A stretch of DNA of 32,000 bases, taken from assembly GCF_000012465.1 (NCBI RefSeq), contig NC_007335.2, forward strand, positions 330,001 through 362,000, in the 5' to 3' direction. Positions 9,206-19,600 of the stretch are shown piece after piece. Below the pieces are notes generated by a model that was not told the origin of the DNA, did no database searches, and saw nothing but the letters and a program-made list of their open reading frames with translations. Source of the DNA: Prochlorococcus marinus str. NATL2A. GTDB lineage: Bacteria > Cyanobacteriota > Cyanobacteriia > PCC-6307 > Cyanobiaceae. The position numbers and the translations under genes were made by a program. Numbering within the stretch: position 1 is the first letter of the stretch; every line of letters begins with the position of its first letter.

Positions 9206-9229
9206 AAGTAATGAAGTAATGAAGTAATG
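9206..9229 (+). repeat. Perfect tandem 8-mer (AAGTAATG) x3 in the cpeB upstream region
   Basis: Read directly: aagtaatg aagtaatg aagtaatg, about 55 nt upstream of the cpeB ATG. Confidence 0.8.
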
Positions 9230-9281
9230 ACTATTAAGTCTTTACTTGAACTCTTTTACTTATTAGAAGGTAGGTATTTAA

Positions 9282-9833
<552 letters not shown>

Positions 9834-9889
9834 ATATTAAACTCTAATTGCTCCACTACATCACGCAAACCATTTCTTATTAAGCCACT

Positions 9890-10357
9890 ATGAAATCTGC
9901 AGTTACAACCGTTGTTAGCGCAGCTGATGCAGCAGGAAGATTTCCCAGCATGAGTGATTTTGAGTCTGTGAAAGGATCTTTTGATAGGGCAAAAGCTCGT
10001 CTAGAGGCTGCAGAAAAACTTGCTTCTTGTCTTGATAAATTTACCAATCTTGCCGTTGATGCTGTTTATCAAAATGGTTCATATGAGCAGGCTAATAAAG
10101 ATAAGTGCGTGAGAGATATTCATCATTACTTGCGTCTTATTAATTATTGCTTAGTAACTGGTGGCACTGGTCCTTTAGATGAATGGGGAATATCAGGTAT
10201 GAGAGAAATTATTCGTATCCAACTATTACCAACAGCTGCTTATATTGAAGCATTTATTTTTATTCGAGATGAAATTAAAATCAATGATGTTATGGGTCAG
10301 CAAGCCGAAACGGAATTCAAAGGATTATTGGATTATTTAATAAACGCACTTGCATAA
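9890..10357 (+). CDS. cpeA: Phycoerythrin (type III) alpha subunit, short Prochlorococcus form
   Basis: 155 aa. MKSAVTTVVSAADAAGRFPS..., KDKCVRDIHHYLRLINYCLVTGGTGPLDEWG. Lies immediately downstream of cpeB. Confidence 0.92.
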   Translation: MKSAVTTVVSAADAAGRFPSMSDFESVKGSFDRAKARLEAAEKLASCLDKFTNLAVDAVYQNGSYEQANKDKCVRDIHHYLRLINYCLVTGGTGPLDEWGISGMREIIRIQLLPTAAYIEAFIFIRDEIKINDVMGQQAETEFKGLLDYLINALA

Positions 10358-10427
10358 AAATAATTTAATTTAATTTAATTTATTTAAAATATTTTTTCGT
10401 AATGTTGAATAATTATTTGAACTTTTA

Positions 10428-11024
10428 ATGATTAATTCTTTAGATTTAAATAAATATATAGAACTTTATCAAGATTTTTTGCATCCAAATCCAAATATTA
10501 ATTCTCAAGCATTTTTGATTTTAAAAAAAGAATTTGAGGTTAAGTTTATGAATAATCTTTTAGCTAATCTCAAGGAAGAAGATTTATTTATAAGAAGAAA
10601 ATCAATATTAGCTTTGGGACGATTTGGAGAAAAAGCCTTAAAGTCAATCGTTCAATTGTATATGGATACTAACAATAAAACTGTTAAAGTTAGCTGTCTT
10701 AAAACAATTATCAAAGTTGTAGTTAATTTTAATTTAGAAGAATTAACTCAGGATGAGATGTTAGTAGTTGATTTAGCTCTTAAAGATAGTTCTCCTGAAA
10801 TGATCTTGACTGTTATTTCTCTTTTGAGGCAATTAGGGAGAACTGGTAGAAATATTTTGATGAAAACTTGTAGAGATAAAGACTTATTAAGAGCGAAAGC
10901 TTCTATCAGCGCACTTTTGGAAATGAAAGATCATACTATTGATGATTTATTTGAGGATTTATTAAATGATAAATCTATTGATCAAATGATAAAGGAAGAT
11001 ATTTTGAGAGACAAAATTATTTAA
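10428..11024 (+). CDS. cpeZ: HEAT-repeat phycobilin lyase subunit, CpeZ-like
   Basis: 198 aa with HEAT/PBS-lyase-like repeats (IRRKSILALGRFGEKALKSIV...). Its position after cpeA matches the known Prochlorococcus PE cluster order. Confidence 0.65.
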   Translation: MINSLDLNKYIELYQDFLHPNPNINSQAFLILKKEFEVKFMNNLLANLKEEDLFIRRKSILALGRFGEKALKSIVQLYMDTNNKTVKVSCLKTIIKVVVNFNLEELTQDEMLVVDLALKDSSPEMILTVISLLRQLGRTGRNILMKTCRDKDLLRAKASISALLEMKDHTIDDLFEDLLNDKSIDQMIKEDILRDKII

Positions 11025-11049
11025 TATTACAGATTCTTTATTAAGTCTT

Positions 11050-11913
11050 TTAGTTGTTGATTTTTTTTATAGCTAATTTAATAATTGCGATAACATTTTT
11101 ATCTTGCTCAATTTTAAGAAGGTCCCTGAGTGGATTTATAGCTTCATTAATATTAAGTTGGATTAATGACAATATGGAAGATTTTCGAATATCTGGATTT
11201 TTGTGTTTTAATTTTAATATTAAGGTAGGAATTAAAGATTCTATTCTATACAATTTACCAACTAATTTAATAGCTTCAATCTGAACATTTTCAGCAGTAT
11301 CATTAATAGCCCTTTCTACTATTTGAATTGCTTCCTGATCTTGGGACTGTCTAATGTGTTCTTCAAGTGCTGAAATTGCAGCTGATTTTACATTGGTGTT
11401 TTTTGATTTAGCTGCTTTTTTTATTGCATTAGAGGCTTTAGCTCCAATAAATTCTAAACACCATGCTGCAAGACCATATTGCATTTCTGTATATTCTTGA
11501 TTCTCCAAGACAATGATTAGATGATTAACAGCAGCCTCTCCAAAAATTGCAATTGCACCAGCTGCTGAAAATTGCACTACAGAATCTGAATCACTGGTAA
11601 GTGCTTTTATTAAATGAGGTAAAGCTGATGGATCGTTAACTAACTTTAAAGTCTTAGCTGCCGCTCTTCTCTGTATTACGTTTTTACTATTCAGAAGAGC
11701 TTTGATTAACTCAGGTAAAGCTGCCGAACCAACCTCGGCTAGTGCTATTGCATAATTTCTTCTTACCAAACCATTTTCATCACTAAGTCCTTTGATTAAT
11801 AGCTTGATGTCTTTTTGACTTGATTTTTTCTTACTCACTATGTTTTGTTTATCCCCCTCGGCCTTTTCACTTTCTTCTTCAGTAGTTATTTCACTGTTCA
11901 AGTAATTATCCAC
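11050..11913 (-). CDS. mpeX: HEAT-repeat (PBS lyase E/F type) protein, MpeX-like
   Basis: 287 aa with multiple HEAT repeats (VRRNYAIALAEVGSAALPELIKAL, VIQRRAAAKTLKLVNDPSALPHLIKAL, ...). Location between cpeZ and cpeY. Confidence 0.6.
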   Translation of the reverse strand: MDNYLNSEITTEEESEKAEGDKQNIVSKKKSSQKDIKLLIKGLSDENGLVRRNYAIALAEVGSAALPELIKALLNSKNVIQRRAAAKTLKLVNDPSALPHLIKALTSDSDSVVQFSAAGAIAIFGEAAVNHLIIVLENQEYTEMQYGLAAWCLEFIGAKASNAIKKAAKSKNTNVKSAAISALEEHIRQSQDQEAIQIVERAINDTAENVQIEAIKLVGKLYRIESLIPTLILKLKHKNPDIRKSSILSLIQLNINEAINPLRDLLKIEQDKNVIAIIKLAIKKINN

Positions 11914-12079
11914 TTTGTCTTATCTCCTTGAAAGCTTATTATATAATCTAGATTAAATTATTCACTATAATTTTATTACATGTATTTTCATAAATAATAT
12001 CCTTTTACATTCGGTATAAATTTTATGCTGAATATAATGCTCTCAGCTTATCTAATAAATAAATATCCTTATATTTAAA

Positions 12080-13384
12080 GTGCAATCTAATCCATTTAAT
12101 AATCTACCGAAAATCAATAAAATAGACGCTATCAATATTCTTAGAAGACCAATTTCTGAGGTTAAGCTTTTAGCAGATTATTATAAGGCTGTATTCCACT
12201 TAGCAAATTTTCCTTGTGAAGAATCAGAAGTGGCCCTTCTTGACTTTATTAAACATGACTGTGAAAAACTTGAATATAAGATAGCTAAAAGGAAAGCAAT
12301 TGAGGTACTCGCTAATTTCGGTTGTAAAAAAGCCATCCAAACTATTGCGGAGTTTCTAGAAAATGATGATGATTATCTTGTTGAGACAGTTATTTGGTCA
12401 TTAGCTAAACTTAAATGTAATGATATTGATATCATTAACAAGATTTGTTCAAAATTATATAAGCAATTTAATAATAAAAGAGTAGTAATACAAACATTAA
12501 CTCATTTAGGAGTTAGAAAAGAAATAGATATGATTAGATCATTATCAAGAGATAAACAAACCTCCAATGGAGTTAAAGGAGCCTCTTTTGCGGCATTAAT
12601 AAAACTTGCTGGTGAGGAGGATAAGCTGACTGATCTGAAAAAGTTTTTGAGACTATCAAATCAAAACGATAGACATTGTGCAGTTCAAGATATTATAAAT
12701 GCTGGTCATTTATCTGTTTTACCTGATTTAATTAAGGCGCCACTTTCTCCATCATTTAAATTACAGGCAATAGATTCTCTTTGGATTAATGAAGTAGTAT
12801 TATGTGAAAATATAAATCTACTTAATTGTATAGACTCAGTAGTTTTTGATGATCCAAGGAATATAGATACTTTAGAAGTTAATAATTTTAATAAAGACTT
12901 GAGTTTTCTTATTGAGCAACTTTTTCATACAGATTTTAATAGATGTTATCATTCAATCAAAGAACTACTAAAATTCCCTTTAGATAAAGTTTTATATTAT
13001 CTAAATAATAATTGGGATAGAGCCAAATCAGATTATGGAGCTATATATTTCTTTATTAATGTATATAAACTACTATTAGATCAGCAATTATATGATGATC
13101 TTCTTTTAGATAAAGTAGGTTTTTTACTATCCAATAATTGGCCTGATTATATGAAATTTAAATCTTCAGCAATACAAATATTGGGTTGCTTAAATGAAAA
13201 CAAATTCTATAATAATATGATTTATTTTTCAGATGAGAGTCATACACCTTATTGGAAAAATAGATATACTGCTTTGCTTGTATTACAAAATAAGCAAATT
13301 AATATTAAAAATAAATTCGCTAAATTATTTTTGAATGATAGTCATAGATTTGTGAGATTCAAAGCAAAAGAAATTAGTACTTAG
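12080..13384 (+). CDS. cpeY: Phycoerythrobilin lyase subunit CpeY-like (HEAT repeats)
   Basis: 434 aa. The start codon is GTG per the ORF track. HEAT-like repeats (RKAIEVLANFGCKKAIQTIAEFLENDDDYLVETVIWSLAKL). Size and position match CpeY in PE clusters. Confidence 0.65.
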   Translation: MQSNPFNNLPKINKIDAINILRRPISEVKLLADYYKAVFHLANFPCEESEVALLDFIKHDCEKLEYKIAKRKAIEVLANFGCKKAIQTIAEFLENDDDYLVETVIWSLAKLKCNDIDIINKICSKLYKQFNNKRVVIQTLTHLGVRKEIDMIRSLSRDKQTSNGVKGASFAALIKLAGEEDKLTDLKKFLRLSNQNDRHCAVQDIINAGHLSVLPDLIKAPLSPSFKLQAIDSLWINEVVLCENINLLNCIDSVVFDDPRNIDTLEVNNFNKDLSFLIEQLFHTDFNRCYHSIKELLKFPLDKVLYYLNNNWDRAKSDYGAIYFFINVYKLLLDQQLYDDLLLDKVGFLLSNNWPDYMKFKSSAIQILGCLNENKFYNNMIYFSDESHTPYWKNRYTALLVLQNKQINIKNKFAKLFLNDSHRFVRFKAKEIST

Positions 13385-13417
13385 TTTATTTCTCTTTGGT
13401 GAAGATAATGAGAATTT

Positions 13418-14017
13418 TTATTTCCAATACTCGTTAATGAAACAATCAAAATTAACTATTTTTTTAAATATTAATGGCCCAAACTCTGATCCCCAAACTT
13501 TTTTATCAGTTTCTATTGCATATCCAGAATCTTCTGAAATAAGAATGTTTTTGTTCACTGTTACTTTACTTTTAACATAAGTCTTATCACTCCCATATTC
13601 TATGTAGCATTTACAACCTGATTCGATAGTCCCTAAAAAATTTCCTGGTTTTTTTTCTTTAAAATACATAGAACACCCAGGCTTTTTATATAACTTATAT
13701 TTAGATATGTTGTCTAAAAGAGATATATCTAGTGCACCACCAGTGAATCTTTCTTTGTCTTCAATCTTATAGTTACTAAAAATAAAAATTTCTTCTTTTT
13801 GGGATAACTTATTTATAGACTGCCTATAAGGATTCCATATGTCGTGTTGATATCTCTGCTCAGAGTAAAACGCAAAACAGTTATAAGTTTTAAAAAATAA
13901 TGGCCTAATATGTATTTGAATATGTGCAAATTTTTTTGGATTATTTAAAGCTTGTTCCTTATTACTAAATACGCCCGAAACTATCTTTGCAAATTCTATG
14001 GTAGGGTTTTTTTTCAT
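13418..14017 (-). CDS. cpeT: T-type phycobilin lyase (CpeT/CpcT family)
   Basis: 199 aa. FAKIVSGVFSNKEQALNNPKKFAHIQIHIRPL... matches the CpcT/CpeT N-terminal signature. Confidence 0.8.
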   Translation of the reverse strand: MKKNPTIEFAKIVSGVFSNKEQALNNPKKFAHIQIHIRPLFFKTYNCFAFYSEQRYQHDIWNPYRQSINKLSQKEEIFIFSNYKIEDKERFTGGALDISLLDNISKYKLYKKPGCSMYFKEKKPGNFLGTIESGCKCYIEYGSDKTYVKSKVTVNKNILISEDSGYAIETDKKVWGSEFGPLIFKKIVNFDCFINEYWK

Positions 14018-14031
14018 CTTTTATATATTAT

Positions 14032-14565
14032 TTAATTTTTTAAAGAACGAATCTCAGATGCATAAGATGTTTGAAGGATTGCTAATGAATCTAGTGATCT
14101 TGTAACCGAAGATCTACTCCTTAAATTGTTTGAGATAAACCATATTCTTTCCTCTGTAGAAATATGACTGTATTCTGAATAAATAATTAAAGTTCCATCA
14201 ACAAGAATTTTATATAATGACACTACTTGAATTGCTTCAGTATATCCAACGCTCCTAACTATTTTTCCTTCTGTTTTAGAAACTTCTATCGGAACGAGTA
14301 TACTTTCGCCAGAAGAGTTTCCGTTTTGATTCTCCTCACCCCATTCACTTTTTGCTTCCCAACTAATTAGGAATGCTCTGTTTACTGCTTTAGTAGTTAT
14401 TAAATTATCTTTTAAAAATTTAATAACTCGTGCGTCGTTAGGTTTAGAAGGTGATATTTTTATTTTACTTCTTATTTCTTCAAATTCTTGAAATGCTAGA
14501 GAATGTCCGCTTCTCATTGAATTCCATTCCCCAACGCTTTTTAAGAAAAATTCTTTAATATTCAT
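14032..14565 (-). CDS. cpeS: S-type phycobilin lyase (CpeS/CpcS family)
   Basis: 177 aa. MNIKEFFLKSVGEWNSMRSGHSLAF... matches the CpcS/CpeS signature (FFxxSxGxWxSxR). Confidence 0.8.
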   Translation of the reverse strand: MNIKEFFLKSVGEWNSMRSGHSLAFQEFEEIRSKIKISPSKPNDARVIKFLKDNLITTKAVNRAFLISWEAKSEWGEENQNGNSSGESILVPIEVSKTEGKIVRSVGYTEAIQVVSLYKILVDGTLIIYSEYSHISTEERIWFISNNLRSRSSVTRSLDSLAILQTSYASEIRSLKN

Positions 14566-14604
14566 CTACTTTAATTGGATTGCTATTAATTTATTTTTAG
14601 AAGA

Positions 14605-15396
14605 TTAAATAATTTTACAAATATCACTTGTCGCAAAAGCTTTTGTTAAGTATGAAGTTTCTAGGAAACTTTTTGTTTTAAAACCAGTTGGAGAATTCCA
14701 TGATCTCATGTAGGGAACAATATCTTCGCCAAAAATATTATTATATTCATTAGAATCTATTAGAAAATCAATATGCTCTTCAAAACCTAGGTTATTTATA
14801 ATATTTGAACTTTGAGTTACTTCGCCTTTACTTTTGATGGGCCTACCAAGAATATGCTTGTATATTAACTTGATAGATTTATATTGGCTAATACCATCAA
14901 AGTAGAAATTTCTATAAATAGTTGATTTACAAATTTTCCTTGTAAATTCTCTTACTGTAAGATCACCATTCCTTAGCTTCCTTTCAATATCAATTGGACG
15001 CTCCGATTGCATTAATGATAAGTTTCCAAAGATGTGTTTATATAATGCATTGATTGCTACAAGTAATGCATCATCATCATTAGGAACAAATTCATTGATT
15101 TGAAGCATATTTATTCCAGCACTTTCCTTATTTAGTATTTTGTATTTATAACTTTCAATCTTATCCCTTCTGTAACTGCTCATAACATTGTTATGAATTA
15201 AGTTTTCGAGTTGCTTAGGTTTGGTTTTAGATGTGACTGTGAATTTTTCTTTTTCTCCTGGCATTGATGCTCCTCTTATATGTAATCCATACATTGTTTT
15301 TTTACTTCCAGATACTCTACTTTTGTTAAACTTAACTGGATCCTTATTAATAGCTTCTGCTCCTATTTTAAGCGCTTTAAAAGGGATACTTGACAT
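14605..15396 (-). CDS. ppeC: Phycoerythrin-associated linker polypeptide (gamma-like, PpeC)
   Basis: 263 aa with a PBS-linker domain: INALYKHIFGNLSLMQSERPIDIERKLRNGDLTVREFTRKICKSTIYRNFYF. Confidence 0.75.
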   Translation of the reverse strand: MSSIPFKALKIGAEAINKDPVKFNKSRVSGSKKTMYGLHIRGASMPGEKEKFTVTSKTKPKQLENLIHNNVMSSYRRDKIESYKYKILNKESAGINMLQINEFVPNDDDALLVAINALYKHIFGNLSLMQSERPIDIERKLRNGDLTVREFTRKICKSTIYRNFYFDGISQYKSIKLIYKHILGRPIKSKGEVTQSSNIINNLGFEEHIDFLIDSNEYNNIFGEDIVPYMRSWNSPTGFKTKSFLETSYLTKAFATSDICKII

Positions 15397-15500
15397 ATCA
15401 ATACTTAATACTAATTTAGTTTAACAATATGAAGAGAATAAATATAAATTTTTTATTTTTAGTTATCTATATTATTTAATTTCTTAATAATTTTTTGAAA

Positions 15501-16160
15501 TCATTGGCTTTTTTTCTGCGTTTCGGAGACTTTATTTTTATTAAATCCAGTGATGGTTGCTAGTGCAAACATTCCAAGTAAGGCACCTCCCAACATTAGT
15601 CCAGCGCCCTGACTGACGCCTGCTCCAACAGCAACAATAATTGAATCACTTATTAATAAACTGATTATTAGAGCGGGCGTGAAAAGCCTCCATCGTGTTC
15701 CCCCTATCCCTAGCGCATAGCTTAAAAAGTCAAAAAGTCCAGTCATTAGTAGTCCAGTCATTAGAAAGAAATTGCCTTCTAGTTGATTTTGGTTAAAACT
15801 TTCAATTCTTTTCATGGCTTTTATTCCAACTAATTTCCGAACAGGAGCTCGGCCGAAATTTCTGGCTATAAAAAATGCTATCTGGCAAAAAATTAGGTCA
15901 GATATAAAAATAGTTAGATAACCTGTTTTGAAACCAAGTAATGATCCGGCTAAAAGTGAGTAAACTGAGCTAGGTAATGCTGGAAGGATTACGCTAATTC
16001 CTCGAAGTATCAGAATTCCCAGAGGTGCCCAAATGCCCATTTCTTTCACGGCACTTCTTAATGGTTCAATTCCATACGTCTGAATTAAGAAGACAAGTAA
16101 AATGAAAGCACCTACAAAAAATGCAATAGTTAGGTACTTTTGTAATTTTTCTTTTTTCAA
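15501..16160 (-). CDS. TVP38/TMEM64 (DedA-related, 'SNARE-associated') family membrane protein
   Basis: 219 aa, multi-pass hydrophobic protein. The motifs PLGILILRGISVILPALPSSVYSLLAGSLLG and FFIARNFGR are typical of this family. Confidence 0.65.
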   Translation of the reverse strand: MKKEKLQKYLTIAFFVGAFILLVFLIQTYGIEPLRSAVKEMGIWAPLGILILRGISVILPALPSSVYSLLAGSLLGFKTGYLTIFISDLIFCQIAFFIARNFGRAPVRKLVGIKAMKRIESFNQNQLEGNFFLMTGLLMTGLFDFLSYALGIGGTRWRLFTPALIISLLISDSIIVAVGAGVSQGAGLMLGGALLGMFALATITGFNKNKVSETQKKSQ

Positions 16161-16329
16161 ATTGAACTCCTAGATATAGAGGATAAGCTCTTAAAAGAAT
16201 TCTATTTAAATTATCCTATTTAAAATGTGTTTGATTTAGTTAATCCACAAAGATTTACGTGACATAAAATTAATCAATTTTGTAATTTTTGGCACGATAC
16301 TAAAATAAAATTTTAAAGCTTAAAATTTT

Positions 16330-17286
16330 ATGCCCTCATCTCCTGTAAAAAACTTGGTTACTGGAGGGGCTGGCTTCGTTGGTTCTCATTTGATTGATCG
16401 TTTAATGAAATCTGGAGAAAAAGTTATCTGTTTGGATAATTTTTTTACTGGGAGTAAAGAAAATATTGAACACTGGATTGGACATCCATCTTTTGAGCTT
16501 ATAGATCATGATGTTATAGAGCCAATCAAGCTTGATGTGGATAGGATTTGGCATTTAGCTTGTCCAGCTTCTCCAATTCATTATCAATTTAACCCTATTA
16601 AAACAGCTAAAACGAGTTTTTTGGGGACTTATAATATGCTTGGATTAGCTAGGAAAGTTGGAGCTCGAATATTATTAGCAAGTACTAGTGAAGTTTATGG
16701 AAATCCCGAAATTCATCCTCAGCCTGAAAAATATAACGGCAATGTAAATCCTGTAGGAATTCGTAGTTGCTACGATGAGGGTAAACGTGTTGCGGAATCA
16801 TTGTGTTATGACTATATGAGAATGCATGGTTTAGAAATAAGAATTGCTAGAATATTTAATACCTATGGTCCTAGAATGTTATTAAATGATGGAAGACTTA
16901 TTAGCAACTTATTAGTTCAATCAATACATGGAAATGACTTGACTATTTATGGCAATGGTAAGCAAACCAGAAGCTTTTGTTTTGTTGATGACTTAATAGA
17001 TGGTTTAACTTTATTCATGAATTCTTTAAATGTAGGACCTATGAATTTAGGCAATCCTGAAGAATTATCTATTCTTCAAATAACTAACTTAATAAGAAAT
17101 ATCTCAATTGAAAAAGTAAATCTGAAATTTTTAAAAGCGCTAGATGATGATCCTTTAAGAAGAAAGCCTGATATTTATCTTGCAAAAAAAGAATTAAATT
17201 GGGAGCCTAAAATAATGTTTAAAGAAGGATTAGCAATTACAAGAGAGTATTTTGAAAAGAAATTAATCTTTGAAAAAAGTAAATAA
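16330..17286 (+). CDS. UDP-glucuronate decarboxylase (UDP-xylose synthase), SDR family
   Basis: 318 aa. VTGGAGFVGSHLIDRL, LACPASPIHYQFNPIKT, STSEVYG, YDEGKR, IFNTYGPRM. Very close to the UXS/ArnA-decarboxylase-type consensus. Confidence 0.85.
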   Translation: MPSSPVKNLVTGGAGFVGSHLIDRLMKSGEKVICLDNFFTGSKENIEHWIGHPSFELIDHDVIEPIKLDVDRIWHLACPASPIHYQFNPIKTAKTSFLGTYNMLGLARKVGARILLASTSEVYGNPEIHPQPEKYNGNVNPVGIRSCYDEGKRVAESLCYDYMRMHGLEIRIARIFNTYGPRMLLNDGRLISNLLVQSIHGNDLTIYGNGKQTRSFCFVDDLIDGLTLFMNSLNVGPMNLGNPEELSILQITNLIRNISIEKVNLKFLKALDDDPLRRKPDIYLAKKELNWEPKIMFKEGLAITREYFEKKLIFEKSK

Positions 17287-17375
17287 GTAATTAACTATTT
17301 TAAATTAAAAAGTTAATGAATAAGATGCTATGATGATATTTAAATTTAATATTTTTTGTAAATTATAATAATCCC

Positions 17376-18422
17376 ATGAATTCAAAGGCAAGTAATGAGA
17401 CGATTCTTGTAACAGGAGCCGCAGGTTTTATTGGCGCGGCTTTAGTAAAAGCTCTGCTTAACTTGAATTTTAAAGTTATAGGTATTGATAACTTAAATGA
17501 CTATTATTCTACGTCCTTAAAGAGATCCAGATTAACTGAAATTGAAAAAGTTTCCACGGTAAATGGAGAATGGTTTTTTTATGAGATTCCTATAGAAGAT
17601 AATAAAGTATTGCAAGACATAATTAATAGATACAATCCACAAGTTTTTGTTCATCTTGCCGCACAAGCGGGTGTTCGTTATTCAATAACCAACCCTGCTG
17701 CATATATACAAAGTAATTTGGTAGGTTTTGCAAATGTATTGGAAGGATGTAGGCAGAATCAAATACCTCATTTGATTTATGCATCTAGCAGTTCTGTTTA
17801 TGGTGGCAATAAAAATCTTCCTTTCTATGAAGAACAAGCCGTAAATCATCCAGTTAGTTTGTATGCAGCCACTAAGAAATCTAATGAATTAATGGCCCAT
17901 ACCTATAGCCACTTATATGATTTACCAACAACTGGACTACGATTCTTTACCGTTTATGGCCCATGGGGAAGACCCGATATGGCTCCAATGATTTTTGCGA
18001 GATCAATTTTAAATAATGAGCCAATCCAAGTATTTAATTACGGTAAAATGCAAAGGGATTTTACTTACATCGATGATGTAGTAGAGGGGATAATTCGTTG
18101 TTGCTTCAAGAAAGCAAGTATTGATGATGACTTTAATCCTCTTGTTCCTAACCCTTCAACTTCATCAGCACCTTATAGGATTTTTAATATAGGTAATTCA
18201 CGTCCAACTCAACTCACATATTTTATAGAGTTATTAGAGAAGAATTTGGGAAAGAAAGCTATAAAGAATTTTCAACCTATGCAGCCGGGAGATGTAGTTT
18301 CTACTGCTGCAAGAATGGACTTGCTTAATTCGTGGGTAGATTACAAACCCATAACATCCATAGAAAATGGTATTAAATTGTTCTCTGAATGGTACTTAGA
18401 CTATTTTAAAAATACTTTTTGA
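17376..18422 (+). CDS. NAD-dependent nucleotide-sugar epimerase, UDP-glucuronate 4-epimerase-like
   Basis: 348 aa. VTGAAGFIGAALVKALL, HLAAQAGVRYS, YASSSSVYG, YAATKKSNELMAHTYSHLY, RFFTVYGPWGRPDMA. This is the CapI/WbnF/GAE family signature. Confidence 0.8.
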   Translation: MNSKASNETILVTGAAGFIGAALVKALLNLNFKVIGIDNLNDYYSTSLKRSRLTEIEKVSTVNGEWFFYEIPIEDNKVLQDIINRYNPQVFVHLAAQAGVRYSITNPAAYIQSNLVGFANVLEGCRQNQIPHLIYASSSSVYGGNKNLPFYEEQAVNHPVSLYAATKKSNELMAHTYSHLYDLPTTGLRFFTVYGPWGRPDMAPMIFARSILNNEPIQVFNYGKMQRDFTYIDDVVEGIIRCCFKKASIDDDFNPLVPNPSTSSAPYRIFNIGNSRPTQLTYFIELLEKNLGKKAIKNFQPMQPGDVVSTAARMDLLNSWVDYKPITSIENGIKLFSEWYLDYFKNTF

Positions 18423-18455
18423 ACACTGGTTTTGATTTTTCTGTTTATTTAAAAC

Positions 18456-18686
18456 TTAGGCTAGTCCTAATAATTTAATTCTGAAGCGAGCAACATTTTT
18501 TGATTGGATTGGATTTGAAATTAGAAAAGGATGATTTTTAATCTTCTCAAAAGCTATTTCAATCTTTTCATCTATTTTTATATCTTTATTATTTCCTAGA
18601 TCACAATCTTTCCAAGCTGCATCAAATGCCATTGCAAAACTATCAGCATTATTATATAAATTTTCACTAGATGTTTCTAAATTCAT
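18456..18686 (-). CDS. Hypothetical small protein
   Basis: 76 aa ORF convergent with the epimerase gene. No recognisable motif. It sits at the edge of the gene-poor region. Confidence 0.3.
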   Translation of the reverse strand: MNLETSSENLYNNADSFAMAFDAAWKDCDLGNNKDIKIDEKIEIAFEKIKNHPFLISNPIQSKNVARFRIKLLGLA

Positions 18687-18955
18687 ATGAATAGAATCAA
18701 ATGTTTAAATCATTTTAACTCCTTAATGGGATATTAAAAATGACTAAGTCTTTGTAATATAGTTAATCATTATTAATTTTGCTCGATAAAGCCTATCGCT
18801 GTATAACTTATCCTTAATATGCTAACTAATGCGTTTGGAGATAAATGATAGTAAAACCAACATAAATTATTATTATTGTTTAAAATAAATTTGATTACCA
18901 GCTTTTTATTTTGCCAGATATTAACGATTTTTTAGTCTTACTTATTATTATCTTC

Positions 18956-18998
18956 ATTTTAATTGTCAACTTCTTTAGAAGAAGTTGACAATTAAAAT
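18956..18998. repeat. Perfect 43-nt palindrome (20-bp arms, 3-nt loop)
   Basis: ATTTTAATTGTCAACTTCTT tag AAGAAGTTGACAATTAAAAT. All 20 positions pair when checked base by base. Confidence 0.85.
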
Positions 18999-19102
18999 CA
19001 TCAAATCTTTTAACGTTTAAAAATAAGATGAGTTATTATTTAAAAATTATCAGCTTTAGTGAAAAGATTTATATATTTAACTTGTAGTATTTTTAAATAA
19101 AA

Positions 19103-19270
19103 CTACGAGTCTCTAAGAGTGGTTCCAAGTCTCAAAGCTAAAACCCCTGCAAAAATAACCATTAAAAATGATATACCAGCAAGATCAGGTGAATTTATAC
19201 CTAGACCTGATGAGAAATCTACTTTGGAAAGATCAAATGTACTTTGAACTCCGATTAAAAGGTTCATCAT
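19103..19270 (-). CDS. Candidate small membrane protein (55 aa)
   Basis: Hand translation: MMNLLIGVQSTFDLSKVDFSSGLGINSPDLAGISFLMVIFAGVLALRLGTTLRDS. It has one C-terminal TM helix. The tail (...AGVLALRLGTTL) loosely resembles PsaM-type peptides. Below the ORF-track size cutoff. Confidence 0.3.
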   Translation of the reverse strand: MMNLLIGVQSTFDLSKVDFSSGLGINSPDLAGISFLMVIFAGVLALRLGTTLRDS

Positions 19271-19528
19271 CTCTAAACTACTAATTTCTTTTATGCTAAC
19301 TCAAGATTGAAATGATCTTTTATTTTTTGAGCTTCTAGTATCAACTCTTATGCAGCTTTGTAATAATTAGGATTGGTCTGCTTATTAACTGACGACTTAA
19401 ATGCCTTTAAGTTCTAAAGAATGGTTGAGTAGATTAAAAATCAAAAATTATTGCCAACTCTTTTCTAGGCATTAAAAAGCAACTTGTTGGAGGTGCTTTT
19501 TAATATTCAAATGTACATATTTGAATGA

Positions 19529-19553
19529 TGTCAGGACCCAGCTTTTAACTTGG
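19529..19553 (-). repeat. Decayed third copy of the tRNA-Phe 3' end (old att scar)
   Basis: TGTCAGGACCCAGCTTTTAACTTGG compared with TGCCAGGACCCAGATTTGAACTGG in the gene: 4 mismatches in 25. Preceded (about 19474-19500) by a degenerate copy of the terminator hairpin (AAAAAGCAAC...GGAGGTGCTTTTT). Confidence 0.45.
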
Positions 19554-19600
19554 TAGTTTCAAAGCAAAATCCTTAAAAAGTAACTATCGGGTGTTTTTGC

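Noticed and set aside
10361-10380. (TAATT)x4 pentamer run after cpeA
   Set aside because: This is low-complexity AT-rich slippage sequence in an intergenic spacer. Nothing suggests function.
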